Source: a virus
IMG/VR virus record: IMGVR_UViG_3300029268_000006
Coordinates: 68,135 to 132,134 of that record
Direction: 5' to 3' (one strand)
Length of the DNA: 64,000 bases
How positions within the stretch are numbered: position 1 is the first letter of the stretch; each line of letters starts with the position of its first letter. Under the pieces are notes generated by a model, which did no database searches, was not told the DNA's origin, and saw only the letters and a list, made by a program, of their open reading frames with translations. Positions 11,501 to 19,754 of the stretch are shown piece by piece. Made by a program: the position numbers and the translations under genes.

Positions 11501-12672
11501 GTGAGGTGTTTATTGGGGTTGAAAAATCGTTGATTGATAATATTGGTGAAATTTATTCTAATTTACAAACAAAAAATAAAACAAATATGGATGATATTTT
11601 TATTAATAATATTGATAAACAAGATAAATATCTAAAAACAACACAAACTGGTGATGTTTTAGGATATTCTTATGATAAATACGGTAATTTGATTCCTATT
11701 TTTATACACGATGAAGAAAATGAAACTGTAACAACAAATATATATAAATCTTTAGATACAAATATATCAGACACCACAAAAAAAGAAATAATTTTTTCTG
11801 ATATGGGACAGGTATTTAATGGTATAAACCAACCACCAATAGCCGATATGGGACAAGTTTTCAATGGTATAAACCAACTACCGATTGAAGATATGGGTCG
11901 GGTATTTAATGGCATGAACCAACCACCGATTGAAGATATGGGTCAAGTTTTCAATGGTATAAATCAACCACCGATTGAAGATATGGGCCAGGTATTTAAT
12001 GGTATGAACCAACCACCGATTGAAGATATGGGTCAGGTATTTAATGGTATAAATCAACCACCGATTGAAGATATGGGTCAAGTTTTCAATGGTATAAACC
12101 AACCACCAATAGCCGATATGGGACAAGTTTTCAATGGTATGAACCAACCACCGATTGAAGATATGGGTCAGGTATTTAATGGTATAAATCAACCACCGAT
12201 TGAAGATATGGGTCAAGTTTTTAATGGTATAAATCAACCACCGATTGAAGATATGGGTCAGGTATTTAATGGCATGAACCAACCACCGATTGAAGATATG
12301 GGTCAGGTATTTAATGGCATGAACCAACCACCGATTGAAGATATGGGTCAAGTTTTTAATGGTATAAATCAACCACCGATTGAAGATATGGGTCAGGTAT
12401 TTAATGGCATGAACCAACCACCGATTGAAGATATGGGTCAAGTTTTTAATGGTATATATGATAATAATATAATAAAAGATACCAAATTAGATGACGAAAC
12501 AGTTTTTATTCAAAAACAAGAACAAAAGAGTGAAATTAATTTGGGTAATGATTTCACAAATAAATCTGATAATAAAAAAAGATTAAATGATGATAATATT
12601 TATGAACAAAATAATGAAAAACAATCAGAAAATTTGGGTAAAACATATGAAAATAATTTAGATGACGAATGA
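8521..12672 (+). CDS. large virion structural protein: tube-like N-terminal domain followed by a long 15-aa periodic repeat region
   Basis: 1383 aa; [ND][LM]G-anchored 15-aa period, degenerate at first and then near-perfect; inside the baseplate operon. Confidence 0.6.
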   Translation: MAGGGLISSISSISNSSRGIGSSIYKMKNPNNFATASVELANSAINLAGSIGSLQRGINDLFYNDRDVINQDMNIMTGNNYISGYEKIPFQPLMNMIIPDDAKEIMGMKQDIRTQPMVDYDMENFKYSLDRQTDNTDYYYEDPLFVSFDLMFDDMESPLFTEVDNFFETYYTNNDNIAFFKAWSYYDKFKQLFWKIFNSTSHPDKKSNKVWYINSITGLDKLTSKIPKYTEDKLTITLSEDIAMLVNYLVDSYNNFAYNYRDQRYNLPDNLLRFKMMIQFTDMRTMKLLDHFETPGYMYDKATQIYTLYDCNFDFFNSKNFADEVINGGYGASKNDTPATVKFDIIYKSIQKEFRTPLLKGERDNIVDNKEYDVSSRNILNFRSNLKRTDENELELKDILKNAFGIANSLNNMLQDYIPKIPIPIPSLPPDVLGTTYESVIPVNKALILNQDTDDRKINPLAARKKLIEDFTKSMEPSLIPNLRITGTTINSLGYDFEQIIELPRSESLKNVFENNVSSPLPVYTNLGFIELFLKSPFSGNLGEIELYLKPTFSGNLGEIELYLKPPFSDDLGYNYQNISTPTHDNLGILPFITNPFVVGNLGYDFQNISNQEHENLGILPFIINPVIVGNLGYDYQNLPTILHGDLGIEFENNINIVPQNLGNDYLNIGKRPPIPDIILFGGSIINPSNLGYIYTNIQELTNINLGINFDNTVKRQLTSLNTLYNNFIKKQEIILGNDFTNLTKIKNELNLGNSFDISEKINIELKLLNVYDNVGQKNNIDNVVLFEKSEKQISELNNIFDNVVEKKSIINMGESFIGVEKSLIDDMGEVFTGTEKLPTNDMGEVFTGTEKLPTNDMGEVFTGTEKLLTNDMGEVFTGTEKLQINDMGEVFIGTEKLPTNDMGEVFTGTEKLLTNDMGEVFTGTEKLLTNDMGEVFTGTEKLPINDMGEVFTGTEKLLTNDMGEVFTGGEKSLIDDMGEVFTGTEKLPINDMGEVFIGVEKSLIDNIGEIYSNLQTKNKTNMDDIFINNIDKQDKYLKTTQTGDVLGYSYDKYGNLIPIFIHDEENETVTTNIYKSLDTNISDTTKKEIIFSDMGQVFNGINQPPIADMGQVFNGINQLPIEDMGRVFNGMNQPPIEDMGQVFNGINQPPIEDMGQVFNGMNQPPIEDMGQVFNGINQPPIEDMGQVFNGINQPPIADMGQVFNGMNQPPIEDMGQVFNGINQPPIEDMGQVFNGINQPPIEDMGQVFNGMNQPPIEDMGQVFNGMNQPPIEDMGQVFNGINQPPIEDMGQVFNGMNQPPIEDMGQVFNGIYDNNIIKDTKLDDETVFIQKQEQKSEINLGNDFTNKSDNKKRLNDDNIYEQNNEKQSENLGKTYENNLDDE
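10999..11538 (+). repeat. in-frame tandem repeat, 12 x 45 bp (DMGEVFTGTEKLPTN)
   Basis: GATATGGGTGA recurs every 45 bp from 10999 to 11494. Confidence 0.95.
11800..12456 (+). repeat. in-frame tandem repeat, 14 full + 1 partial x 45 bp (DMGQVFNG[IM]NQPPIE)
   Basis: GATATGGG recurs every 45 bp from 11800 to 12430. Confidence 0.95.
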
Positions 12673-13349
12673 AGTTATTAGATGGTAAAATGTTTTTTGG
12701 AATCGTTGAGGATAATAAAGATCCGAATAGAAGAGGTCGTGTTAAGGTTAGGGTTCAAAGTGTTTTTGATGATATACCATTGGAAGATATTCCATATGCT
12801 TCCCCAACATTGGCATCTGATGGGAAAAGTTTCAGTATACCGGATGTTGGTAAAGTAGTAACTGTTGTTTTTGCGTGGGGGGATCAATATCAACCATATT
12901 ATATATCAAGTGTTTATTTTAACATAAATTTGGAAGAGAAATTAAATGATTTATCTGATGATCAATATACTAGTTTTTCTGCTTTATTTTTTGATAACAA
13001 TACCCAGATTTATGCAGATGAGGTGGATTTGACTATTGATTATCTTTTCAATAAAATTACAATTTCAGATAAAAATATAAATTTAGAATTGAAAGATAAC
13101 GATAGAAAATTAACTTTGGGAACAGTAGAAGCTGATCAACAGGCATTATTATCGAACCATTGGTTTAAATGGTTTGATAAATTGGTTGATGCTTTGGTAA
13201 AACCAAGTTCATTGATCGGAAATAGTGGTGGTCCTATTTTAAAACCAGAAGTTGATCAACTTTTAGCTGAATATAAATTAATAAAGGATACGTTTTTATC
13301 AAAAAATGTTTATATTGTTGATAATGGTGATGTAAAAAAATTAAAATAA
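12669..13349 (+). CDS. baseplate central spike, gp5/Vgr OB-fold protein
   Basis: GIVEDNKDPNRRGRVKVRV...PYASP...IPDVGKVVTVVF. Confidence 0.8.
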   Translation: MKLLDGKMFFGIVEDNKDPNRRGRVKVRVQSVFDDIPLEDIPYASPTLASDGKSFSIPDVGKVVTVVFAWGDQYQPYYISSVYFNINLEEKLNDLSDDQYTSFSALFFDNNTQIYADEVDLTIDYLFNKITISDKNINLELKDNDRKLTLGTVEADQQALLSNHWFKWFDKLVDALVKPSSLIGNSGGPILKPEVDQLLAEYKLIKDTFLSKNVYIVDNGDVKKLK

Positions 13350-13350
13350 A

Positions 13351-14475
13351 ATGGCTGGAATAAGACCGAGTAAACCAAATTTAGACGATGTTGATACTAA
13401 AATAAACAAAGATAATTATAAAGATAGTGATTATATTGCACCAGAAGCAAAGGAATCTATAAAGAATACAACCAATAAAGAAACTGATAAAATGTCCACT
13501 TCTACTTCTACATCATCAACAATAGAATGTGATACTAGTCCAGTTACTGGTGCTTTATCTGATGTAACACCCGATGAAAATGACAAAATAATAGAAAAAT
13601 CTTTACAAAAATCTGATGTTGAAAAAATGCAATATATTTCCCAAAATAATCCAGAATATTTAGATGAAATGGGATTATCACCCGATGAAATCTTTGGAAT
13701 AAATATGTCTGGTGATTCTGGTTATACTTATCAAGATAATGAAATAGTAATGGATGAGAATGGTTTAGTATATGTTGAACAAACAACACAAACACAAACA
13801 GAAAGTCAATTATCTAATATTACTTCCGGGAACGTGGAAACTGGTAATCAAATAATTGGAACAGGACAACCAACAATAATTAAAGTTTCCAGTGTGTTTG
13901 CACACCCAACAAATAATGTTGGTAAGTTGTCTAGTAGTTTTGGTTTGAGAATTTTACCAGCCGAACGATATTGGCAATTACATTCTGGAATTGATATATC
14001 TGCACCTAAAAATACACCAATTTATGCAATATCTGATGGAGTTGTGGTTTCTATAAATACAAATAGAGATGGTGGTGGTTATGGAAATTTTATAAAATTA
14101 GCATTTGCATATAGTGGCAAACCATATTTTGTCTTTTATGCACATTTGGAATATGTCGAGGTTATTAAGAATCAAAAAGTTGTTAAGGGTCAAAAGATGG
14201 GTGGTGTCGGTGGAACTGGAAAGAAACCAGAATATGGTCCTCATTTACATTTTGAAGTGAGAGATGCATCAAATAGAAAAATAACATATATAAGAGGTTC
14301 AATCAATGATACATTTGTTGGTGACGAAAAACCGAGAGAAAGAAAATCTAAAAACATTTCAGATAGAAGTTTAAAATGGATACCAAATTCAAATACTGAT
14401 TTTGAAATTCAAAATGAATTTAAATCATATATTAATCCAAGTGATTTTCTTTCCAATCCATCAAAATATACTTAA
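13351..14475 (+). CDS. M23 family peptidase (virion-associated peptidoglycan hydrolase)
   Basis: HSGID (HxxxD), YAHL and GPHLHFEV (HxH) motifs. Confidence 0.85.
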   Translation: MAGIRPSKPNLDDVDTKINKDNYKDSDYIAPEAKESIKNTTNKETDKMSTSTSTSSTIECDTSPVTGALSDVTPDENDKIIEKSLQKSDVEKMQYISQNNPEYLDEMGLSPDEIFGINMSGDSGYTYQDNEIVMDENGLVYVEQTTQTQTESQLSNITSGNVETGNQIIGTGQPTIIKVSSVFAHPTNNVGKLSSSFGLRILPAERYWQLHSGIDISAPKNTPIYAISDGVVVSINTNRDGGGYGNFIKLAFAYSGKPYFVFYAHLEYVEVIKNQKVVKGQKMGGVGGTGKKPEYGPHLHFEVRDASNRKITYIRGSINDTFVGDEKPRERKSKNISDRSLKWIPNSNTDFEIQNEFKSYINPSDFLSNPSKYT

Positions 14476-14518
14476 ACTATTTTCATATTTTTCCTTATAA
14501 TAAATAAAAATTTTATTT

Positions 14519-15475
14519 ATGAAAGTTATAAATGATCTGTTCTGGGAGAAATATAGACCAAAATCTTTAAATCAAATGGTTCTTCTACCTAGAATTAGAG
14601 AAGAATTGAATGAAGGTTTTAAAAAGAATTATTTATTTCATGGACATGCTGGAACTGGTAAATCTACTATTGTTAGGATATTATTAAAAGATAAAGATTT
14701 TATCAGAATAAATGCATCTAAAAATGGTGGAATTGATACACTTAGGGATGAAATGGATGATTTTTGTACTGCGATGAGATCACCATTTACCAAATCTGAT
14801 GATAAGATGAAATATATTTATTTAGAAGAATTTGAAGGTTCGACAAAGGATTTTCAATATGCTTTTAAAGCATTTACCGAAGATTATGATAAACGGGTCA
14901 GATTTATTATCACCATGAATGATTTATCTGCTGTTAAAGTACCGGAACTTTTATCAAGATTTAATCCTTTGATCAAATTTGATCCGATAAATGATTCAGA
15001 AAGAGAATATCTTCAACAGGGATATTTCAAATATTTATCAGCAATATCCAAACATACCGAATTAAATCTAAAAGATGAAACTATAAAGAATTTGATAAAT
15101 ACTTATTTCCCGGATTTAAGATCAGCGGTCGAGGGTGTTCATCAAATTTTTATAACCGGAAAGGAAGATGTTGAAATACAAGAATCATATTCTGATATTT
15201 ATAAATTCATATTAAGTAATAGAACATCATTTGATGACATTTATAATTTTGTTGTTGATAATTATACGAATAGACCAAAGGAATTAATGGTTGTTCTGGG
15301 TAGACCTTTCTATAAATATTTAACTGATAATCATAAAAATATTATTGAAAAAAGTGGATTCAAATTAATGGGGATTTCAAAACAATATAATGCTGAATAT
15401 GAAACAACAATAGATCCAATTATACATTTGATTTCTTACATATCGGATTTGAAAAAAATAATAAATGAAGTATGA
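14519..15475 (+). CDS. sliding clamp loader AAA+ subunit (T4 gp44 / RFC-like)
   Basis: FWEKYRPKSL RFC box, Walker A GHAGTGKST, INAS...GIDTLR, atypical Walker B LEEFE. Confidence 0.85.
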   Translation: MKVINDLFWEKYRPKSLNQMVLLPRIREELNEGFKKNYLFHGHAGTGKSTIVRILLKDKDFIRINASKNGGIDTLRDEMDDFCTAMRSPFTKSDDKMKYIYLEEFEGSTKDFQYAFKAFTEDYDKRVRFIITMNDLSAVKVPELLSRFNPLIKFDPINDSEREYLQQGYFKYLSAISKHTELNLKDETIKNLINTYFPDLRSAVEGVHQIFITGKEDVEIQESYSDIYKFILSNRTSFDDIYNFVVDNYTNRPKELMVVLGRPFYKYLTDNHKNIIEKSGFKLMGISKQYNAEYETTIDPIIHLISYISDLKKIINEV

Positions 15476-15738
15476 TAACAAAAATTGAATATAAAAAAGC
15501 AATGGAGGTTGTTAAACAATATGAAAAGGAACAATCTGAAAAATGGAGATGTGAGAAATGTGAGAAGCAGTTTAGTAATCCGTTTGATGAATATTATTGT
15601 ACAGATGGATTTGATTTAAGAAATGATAAAGATTGTAAAGGTAAAAATTTTATGAATCATAATGATTTAATGCAAAACGGTGGACATTTGTATTCAGGTC
15701 ATTATTCATCACAAGGAGATCAGGGGAAAACGAATTAA
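15472..15738 (+). CDS. hypothetical Cys-containing protein
   Basis: 88-aa ORF with CEKC, overlapping both neighbours. Confidence 0.5.
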   Translation: MITKIEYKKAMEVVKQYEKEQSEKWRCEKCEKQFSNPFDEYYCTDGFDLRNDKDCKGKNFMNHNDLMQNGGHLYSGHYSSQGDQGKTN

Positions 15739-16724
15739 TGAAGATCATATATAAATCCCATTGGGAAAATATGAATGACGATGATTTGATCGTATTTAAA
15801 AAATTTATATTTGATTATTATAGAAACAAAGGGTTTCCATATTTTCCGATACCGGACATAGAAAAAGATATTATCAAAATAAAAAAATATCTTGATAACA
15901 ACACGATAATATCAGATAAGATAATAAAACAGACCATGCATGGTCTAAATATATGTTGGTATTATTTTCCCCATTCTTGGGAAGTGAAATGTAACAATAT
16001 GTTTTCTCCAATGGAAACTTTTTTAGATGATTCGAAATTAAAAAGAGTTATTGATAAACGAATAAAAAACGATACATACATTAGTGATGGTGGTATGAGA
16101 AAACAATTAAGAATATTTACCGGAACACAAAGTGTATCAAATTTCAGACCGACTTCGGCATATGGAATTTATGAATATTTTGGTGGTGGGGTAGTGTATG
16201 ATATGTCATCTGGATACGGTGGAAGATTACTTGGGTCTTTTTTAAGTGATAAAGTGAAAAAATATATTGGAGTCGATCCATGTAAAAAGACATATGAAGG
16301 GCTGATAAATTTGAAAAATGATTTGAATTATAAAAAATCAGAATTATATAATATTGGAAGTGAAGATTTCATACCAGATAAAAATAGTTTAGATTTGTGT
16401 TTCACATCACCACCTTATTTCGATACCGAAAAATATTCAGATGAAGATACACAAAGTTGGAAAAAATATCAAACAAAAAATTCATGGTTGAATGATTTTT
16501 TATTCACAACAGTTAAAAATTGTATTTATGGTCTAAAAACGGGTGGTTATTTGGCAATAAATATTTCTAATGTTAAATCATATACTGATTTAGAATTTGA
16601 TTTTATTTATATGATGAATAAATTTGATGAATTAAAATATATTGATAAATTGTTTTACACATTAAGTGCGATAAATAAAGGTGGTTTCAAATACGAACCA
16701 ATTTTCATTTTTCAAAAAATATAA
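15738..16724 (+). CDS. amino (N4-C/N6-A) DNA methyltransferase-like protein, orphan
   Basis: SAM motif YDMSSGYGGR, IGVDP, catalytic FTSPPY. Confidence 0.75.
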   Translation: MKIIYKSHWENMNDDDLIVFKKFIFDYYRNKGFPYFPIPDIEKDIIKIKKYLDNNTIISDKIIKQTMHGLNICWYYFPHSWEVKCNNMFSPMETFLDDSKLKRVIDKRIKNDTYISDGGMRKQLRIFTGTQSVSNFRPTSAYGIYEYFGGGVVYDMSSGYGGRLLGSFLSDKVKKYIGVDPCKKTYEGLINLKNDLNYKKSELYNIGSEDFIPDKNSLDLCFTSPPYFDTEKYSDEDTQSWKKYQTKNSWLNDFLFTTVKNCIYGLKTGGYLAINISNVKSYTDLEFDFIYMMNKFDELKYIDKLFYTLSAINKGGFKYEPIFIFQKI

Positions 16725-16727
16725 AAC

Positions 16728-16751
16728 AAACCCCGGAAAATCCGGGGTTTT
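16728..16751. terminator. bidirectional intrinsic terminator between convergent genes
   Basis: AAACCCCGGA-AAA-TCCGGGGTTT hairpin. Confidence 0.8.
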
Positions 16752-16799
16752 ACATTAGGTGTTTAATCTCAAAAAAAGGATCTTCTAGTAATTATATAA

Positions 16800-17789
16800 T
16801 TATTTCTTTTCGTTATCGATCTTATCTGAGAAATCATCAATATAATTAATATAATCGAGAAATTTTGGTTCTCTTTTTAACGAATTTTTCCGTTCATTTG
16901 GTAAATCGATTTCAATATGACAACGAAGAGTTGCTGGATTTGCATCTAATATAAAAATATCGGTTGAAAGAAATACAGCTTCTCGAATATCATGTGTGAC
17001 TAACAAAATAGTTGGGTCTAAACCATTATTATCTTGGAAGATTTTACGAAGAAATAATTGCATTGATCGTCTGGTTACGGTGTCTAATGCACCAAACGGT
17101 TCATCCATCAATAAAATATTCGGATTAGCCACCAAATTACGAGCTATGGCAACTCTTTGTAACTGACCCCCGGATAGTATAGGGTATTTTGCCCACTTCG
17201 ATTCATGACCACTTAAACCCACAATTTTAATCATCTCCATTGCTTTCTCACGAGCTTCCTTTTTTGGTGTTCCACTTAGGATTAACGGAAGTGCAACATT
17301 ATCCAAAACAGATTTCCAAGGGAATGAAGAATATTGTTGGAAAACCATCGGGATGTGATTATCGTCCTTGAGTTTTGTACCGTGAAGATAAACACTACCG
17401 GATGTTGGTTTTTGTAAACCACAAATATAACGTAATATTGTACTATTATGTGATAAAATACCATTAACAAAAAATCTTCTTTGAGATATTTCTGTTAATT
17501 CTATATCTATCATGTTATCTTCAACTTTTGTTTCAATTATAGATATAACTTTTTCTAAACCATTATTTGTTATAATTAAATTATCAATTTTTAAATCTTT
17601 AACAAATATTTCATTTATATTTTTATCAAACACTATATGTGTGTCTGCACATTTTAATTCGTGATTTTCGGTTTTCAATATCCATATTATATATGGAATT
17701 GTAATTGATATAGATTTAATATCAACAAAACCATCATCTGTTAATATTTCATATTCATCATTTTCTAAAATTTTAATATATTTTCTCAT
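16800..17789 (-). CDS. split-intein C-fragment (115 aa) fused to the C-extein of an ABC ATPase (TauB/SsuB-like)
   Basis: Likely start MRKYIK at 17789. Intein block B CADTHIVF; blocks F/G DIEL...FFVNGILSHN then S+1. Extein carries the Q-loop, signature LSGGQ, Walker B LLMDEP, D-loop GALD and H-loop VTHD. Confidence 0.9.
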   Translation of the reverse strand: MRKYIKILENDEYEILTDDGFVDIKSISITIPYIIWILKTENHELKCADTHIVFDKNINEIFVKDLKIDNLIITNNGLEKVISIIETKVEDNMIDIELTEISQRRFFVNGILSHNSTILRYICGLQKPTSGSVYLHGTKLKDDNHIPMVFQQYSSFPWKSVLDNVALPLILSGTPKKEAREKAMEMIKIVGLSGHESKWAKYPILSGGQLQRVAIARNLVANPNILLMDEPFGALDTVTRRSMQLFLRKIFQDNNGLDPTILLVTHDIREAVFLSTDIFILDANPATLRCHIEIDLPNERKNSLKREPKFLDYINYIDDFSDKIDNEKK

Positions 17790-17791
17790 TT

Positions 17792-18059
17792 TTATGTATT
17801 TAAAAATATTAAACAATCATTTATTGTTTTTTCTTTATTTTCTTTATAATCATATTCAAAACAAAATAACCATTTTTTTTAATTTCTTCATCTCTTATTA
17901 AATCTCTTTTTTTATTTTCAGAATTTTTTCTATGAATTCAATAATTTTATTTTTATTTTTTATAAAAAAAATCCGGTTTAATTATTTTATTTTCTAATTT
18001 TAATCTATATTCATTATTTTTACCACTATCGTCTAATCTTGTGAGATGCGTATTTAAAG
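17792..18059 (-). pseudogene. frameshifted remnant of a Vsr-like (PD-(D/E)xK) homing endonuclease
   Basis: Pieces across shifted frames: DDSGKNNEYRLKLENKIIKPDFF / IKNKNKIIEF / HRKNSENKKRDLIRDEEIKKNGYFVL / EYDYKENKEKTINDCLIFLNT*. Confidence 0.7.
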
Positions 18060-18240
18060 CTTCAAATCAATTGAAAAAGATGAAAGACCTTGATTTAATT
18101 GGTGATAATGGAGAAAATCCTAAATCAAATAATTACAGATATGTATATAATCCTGCTAATTAAACGCATGGTCAAACACATGGTCAAACTGTCCATGCTC
18201 GCATGGTCATTCGCATGGTAGTATTTAAAGTCTTTTTTGG

Positions 18241-18852
18241 TTAATTTGGATGTTGTAAACGTTTTATCATTTCTTCTGCTTTTATTTTTTCAATTTTTTG
18301 TGTTTTTTTATTTCTAATTGTAATAATAGAATCCATAGTAAAACACTTCCCACATCCAGATTTTCCTAAAATTGTAACAAATTGACCCCTACCTTTAATA
18401 TCTTTAACACTTAAATTCAAATTTTCAAATACGACATTTTTCCCCTTAACAAGTTTTGGTGCTGGTGGTTTTAAAAACATTGAATTTTTCTTATTCGTAA
18501 CATTTCCGGTACTATCAGTTTTACCCGGAACTGTTGGTAAGATAACATCATATTCTTGTTTTATATCAACAAGATCAATGATGTTTACTTTTTCGTAATG
18601 TTGATTCGGACTTTTGACTTCAATAATATTTGTATCTTCAAAGTCATTGATAAACATTTCTGGCTTTGGTTCTGGTTTATCTTCACTTTCAATTGTTTCT
18701 GGTTCTTCAACCACTTTAGGTTCTTCAACCTTTAATTCGACCTTTAATTCATCGAATTTATTTTCGATTTTTGATTCTTCGACATTTTCCGGTTGAACCT
18801 TTGATTCTTCAATAGGTTCGGGTTTTTTTCTATTACTAAAAATATTTCCCAT
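18241..18852 (-). CDS. ABC ATPase N-extein (acidic extension + start of Walker A) fused to a 34-aa split-intein N-fragment
   Basis: VFENLNLSV...FVTILGKSGCGK then CFTMDSIITIRNKKTQKIEKIKAEE (intein block A; Cys1 codon at 18345). Confidence 0.9.
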   Translation of the reverse strand: MGNIFSNRKKPEPIEESKVQPENVEESKIENKFDELKVELKVEEPKVVEEPETIESEDKPEPKPEMFINDFEDTNIIEVKSPNQHYEKVNIIDLVDIKQEYDVILPTVPGKTDSTGNVTNKKNSMFLKPPAPKLVKGKNVVFENLNLSVKDIKGRGQFVTILGKSGCGKCFTMDSIITIRNKKTQKIEKIKAEEMIKRLQHPN

Positions 18853-18854
18853 TG

Positions 18855-19658
18855 TTATACGTATTTGAATTTGAAACTACTTTTATCAATCCATTTGAAA
18901 AGTTTATCCGATAAATATCCGATAAAGATAATTTCCAATAAAATGGCGTACAACATATCGCTTCTAGACGCCTTTTGAATGGGGAAAGTCATACCACCCA
19001 AACCACCTTGATTATTAATCATTTCAGCAACTACAACATAAGTCCAAGAAATTGCCACAAGTACCCTGATATCATCTGAAACTCTTGATATTACCAATGG
19101 TAAATATAAATGTCTTATTTGTTGCCAACGACTAGCACCTAATGTTAGAATTGTTTGTTTGTATATTTTATCGATTTCATCAATACGTTGTACCACCACA
19201 GGAATTAAATATACAGCGATACCAAATGCTAGGAAATGAACCTTAACACCAAAATAAATACCAAATAAAGATATAAATATTCCGGTTGCTGCGGGTAATG
19301 GTAGGAATCGAACAGAATCAATTTGTTTACTTAATAATGATCTAAATATAGGGAATAGACCAATAAGAAAACCTAGTGGGATGGCGATTATAATTGCTTC
19401 TAAATATCCAAGAAAATTGATTGATAACGAATAACCAGTATTAGAAATTAAATTATATGTTGGATCTTTGATCATCTCACCATATGACATAAGAACGTTA
19501 ATTGGATTTGGTAGGATACGACTATTAATCCAACCCATCGTTGATGTCAACAACCAAAGAAATATAAGAAGAATCCAACCAATGATTTGTGTGATGGTGG
19601 CAGTTTTTTTATCTACCTGACCATCCATTTTAAACAATTCTTTTATTTGAGAATTCAT
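18855..19658 (-). CDS. ABC transporter permease (TauC/SsuC-like)
   Basis: Multiple TM helices, ILPNP, EAA-like TLGASRWQ...LP, SWTYVVVAEM..GGLG. Confidence 0.9.
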   Translation of the reverse strand: MNSQIKELFKMDGQVDKKTATITQIIGWILLIFLWLLTSTMGWINSRILPNPINVLMSYGEMIKDPTYNLISNTGYSLSINFLGYLEAIIIAIPLGFLIGLFPIFRSLLSKQIDSVRFLPLPAATGIFISLFGIYFGVKVHFLAFGIAVYLIPVVVQRIDEIDKIYKQTILTLGASRWQQIRHLYLPLVISRVSDDIRVLVAISWTYVVVAEMINNQGGLGGMTFPIQKASRSDMLYAILLEIIFIGYLSDKLFKWIDKSSFKFKYV

Positions 19659-19701
19659 TCTTTATTTTTATGTGATTAAAAAATTGAGGAATAAGAAAAA
19701 T

Positions 19702-19737
19702 ATATATTCCTACCCCAAGATAGGAGTAGGAATATAT
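19702..19737 (-). terminator. hairpin between the binding-protein and permease genes (terminator or attenuator)
   Basis: Minus strand ATATATTCCTACTCC-TATCTT-GGGGTAGGAATATAT followed by a T-rich tract. Confidence 0.6.
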
Positions 19738-19754
19738 GAAGTCATATGAAGTTA

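Noticed and set aside
10757-12441. Antisense and alternate-frame ORFs in the supplied track (e.g. 10848-11402, 11878-12441, 28036-28572, 43669-44061)
   Set aside because: They are shadows of well-supported genes or repeats on the opposite strand, with atypical composition.
10999-12456. 45-bp arrays as CRISPR arrays
   Set aside because: Units are contiguous with no unique spacers, are a multiple of 3 and lie in frame in a long CDS; no cas genes are present.
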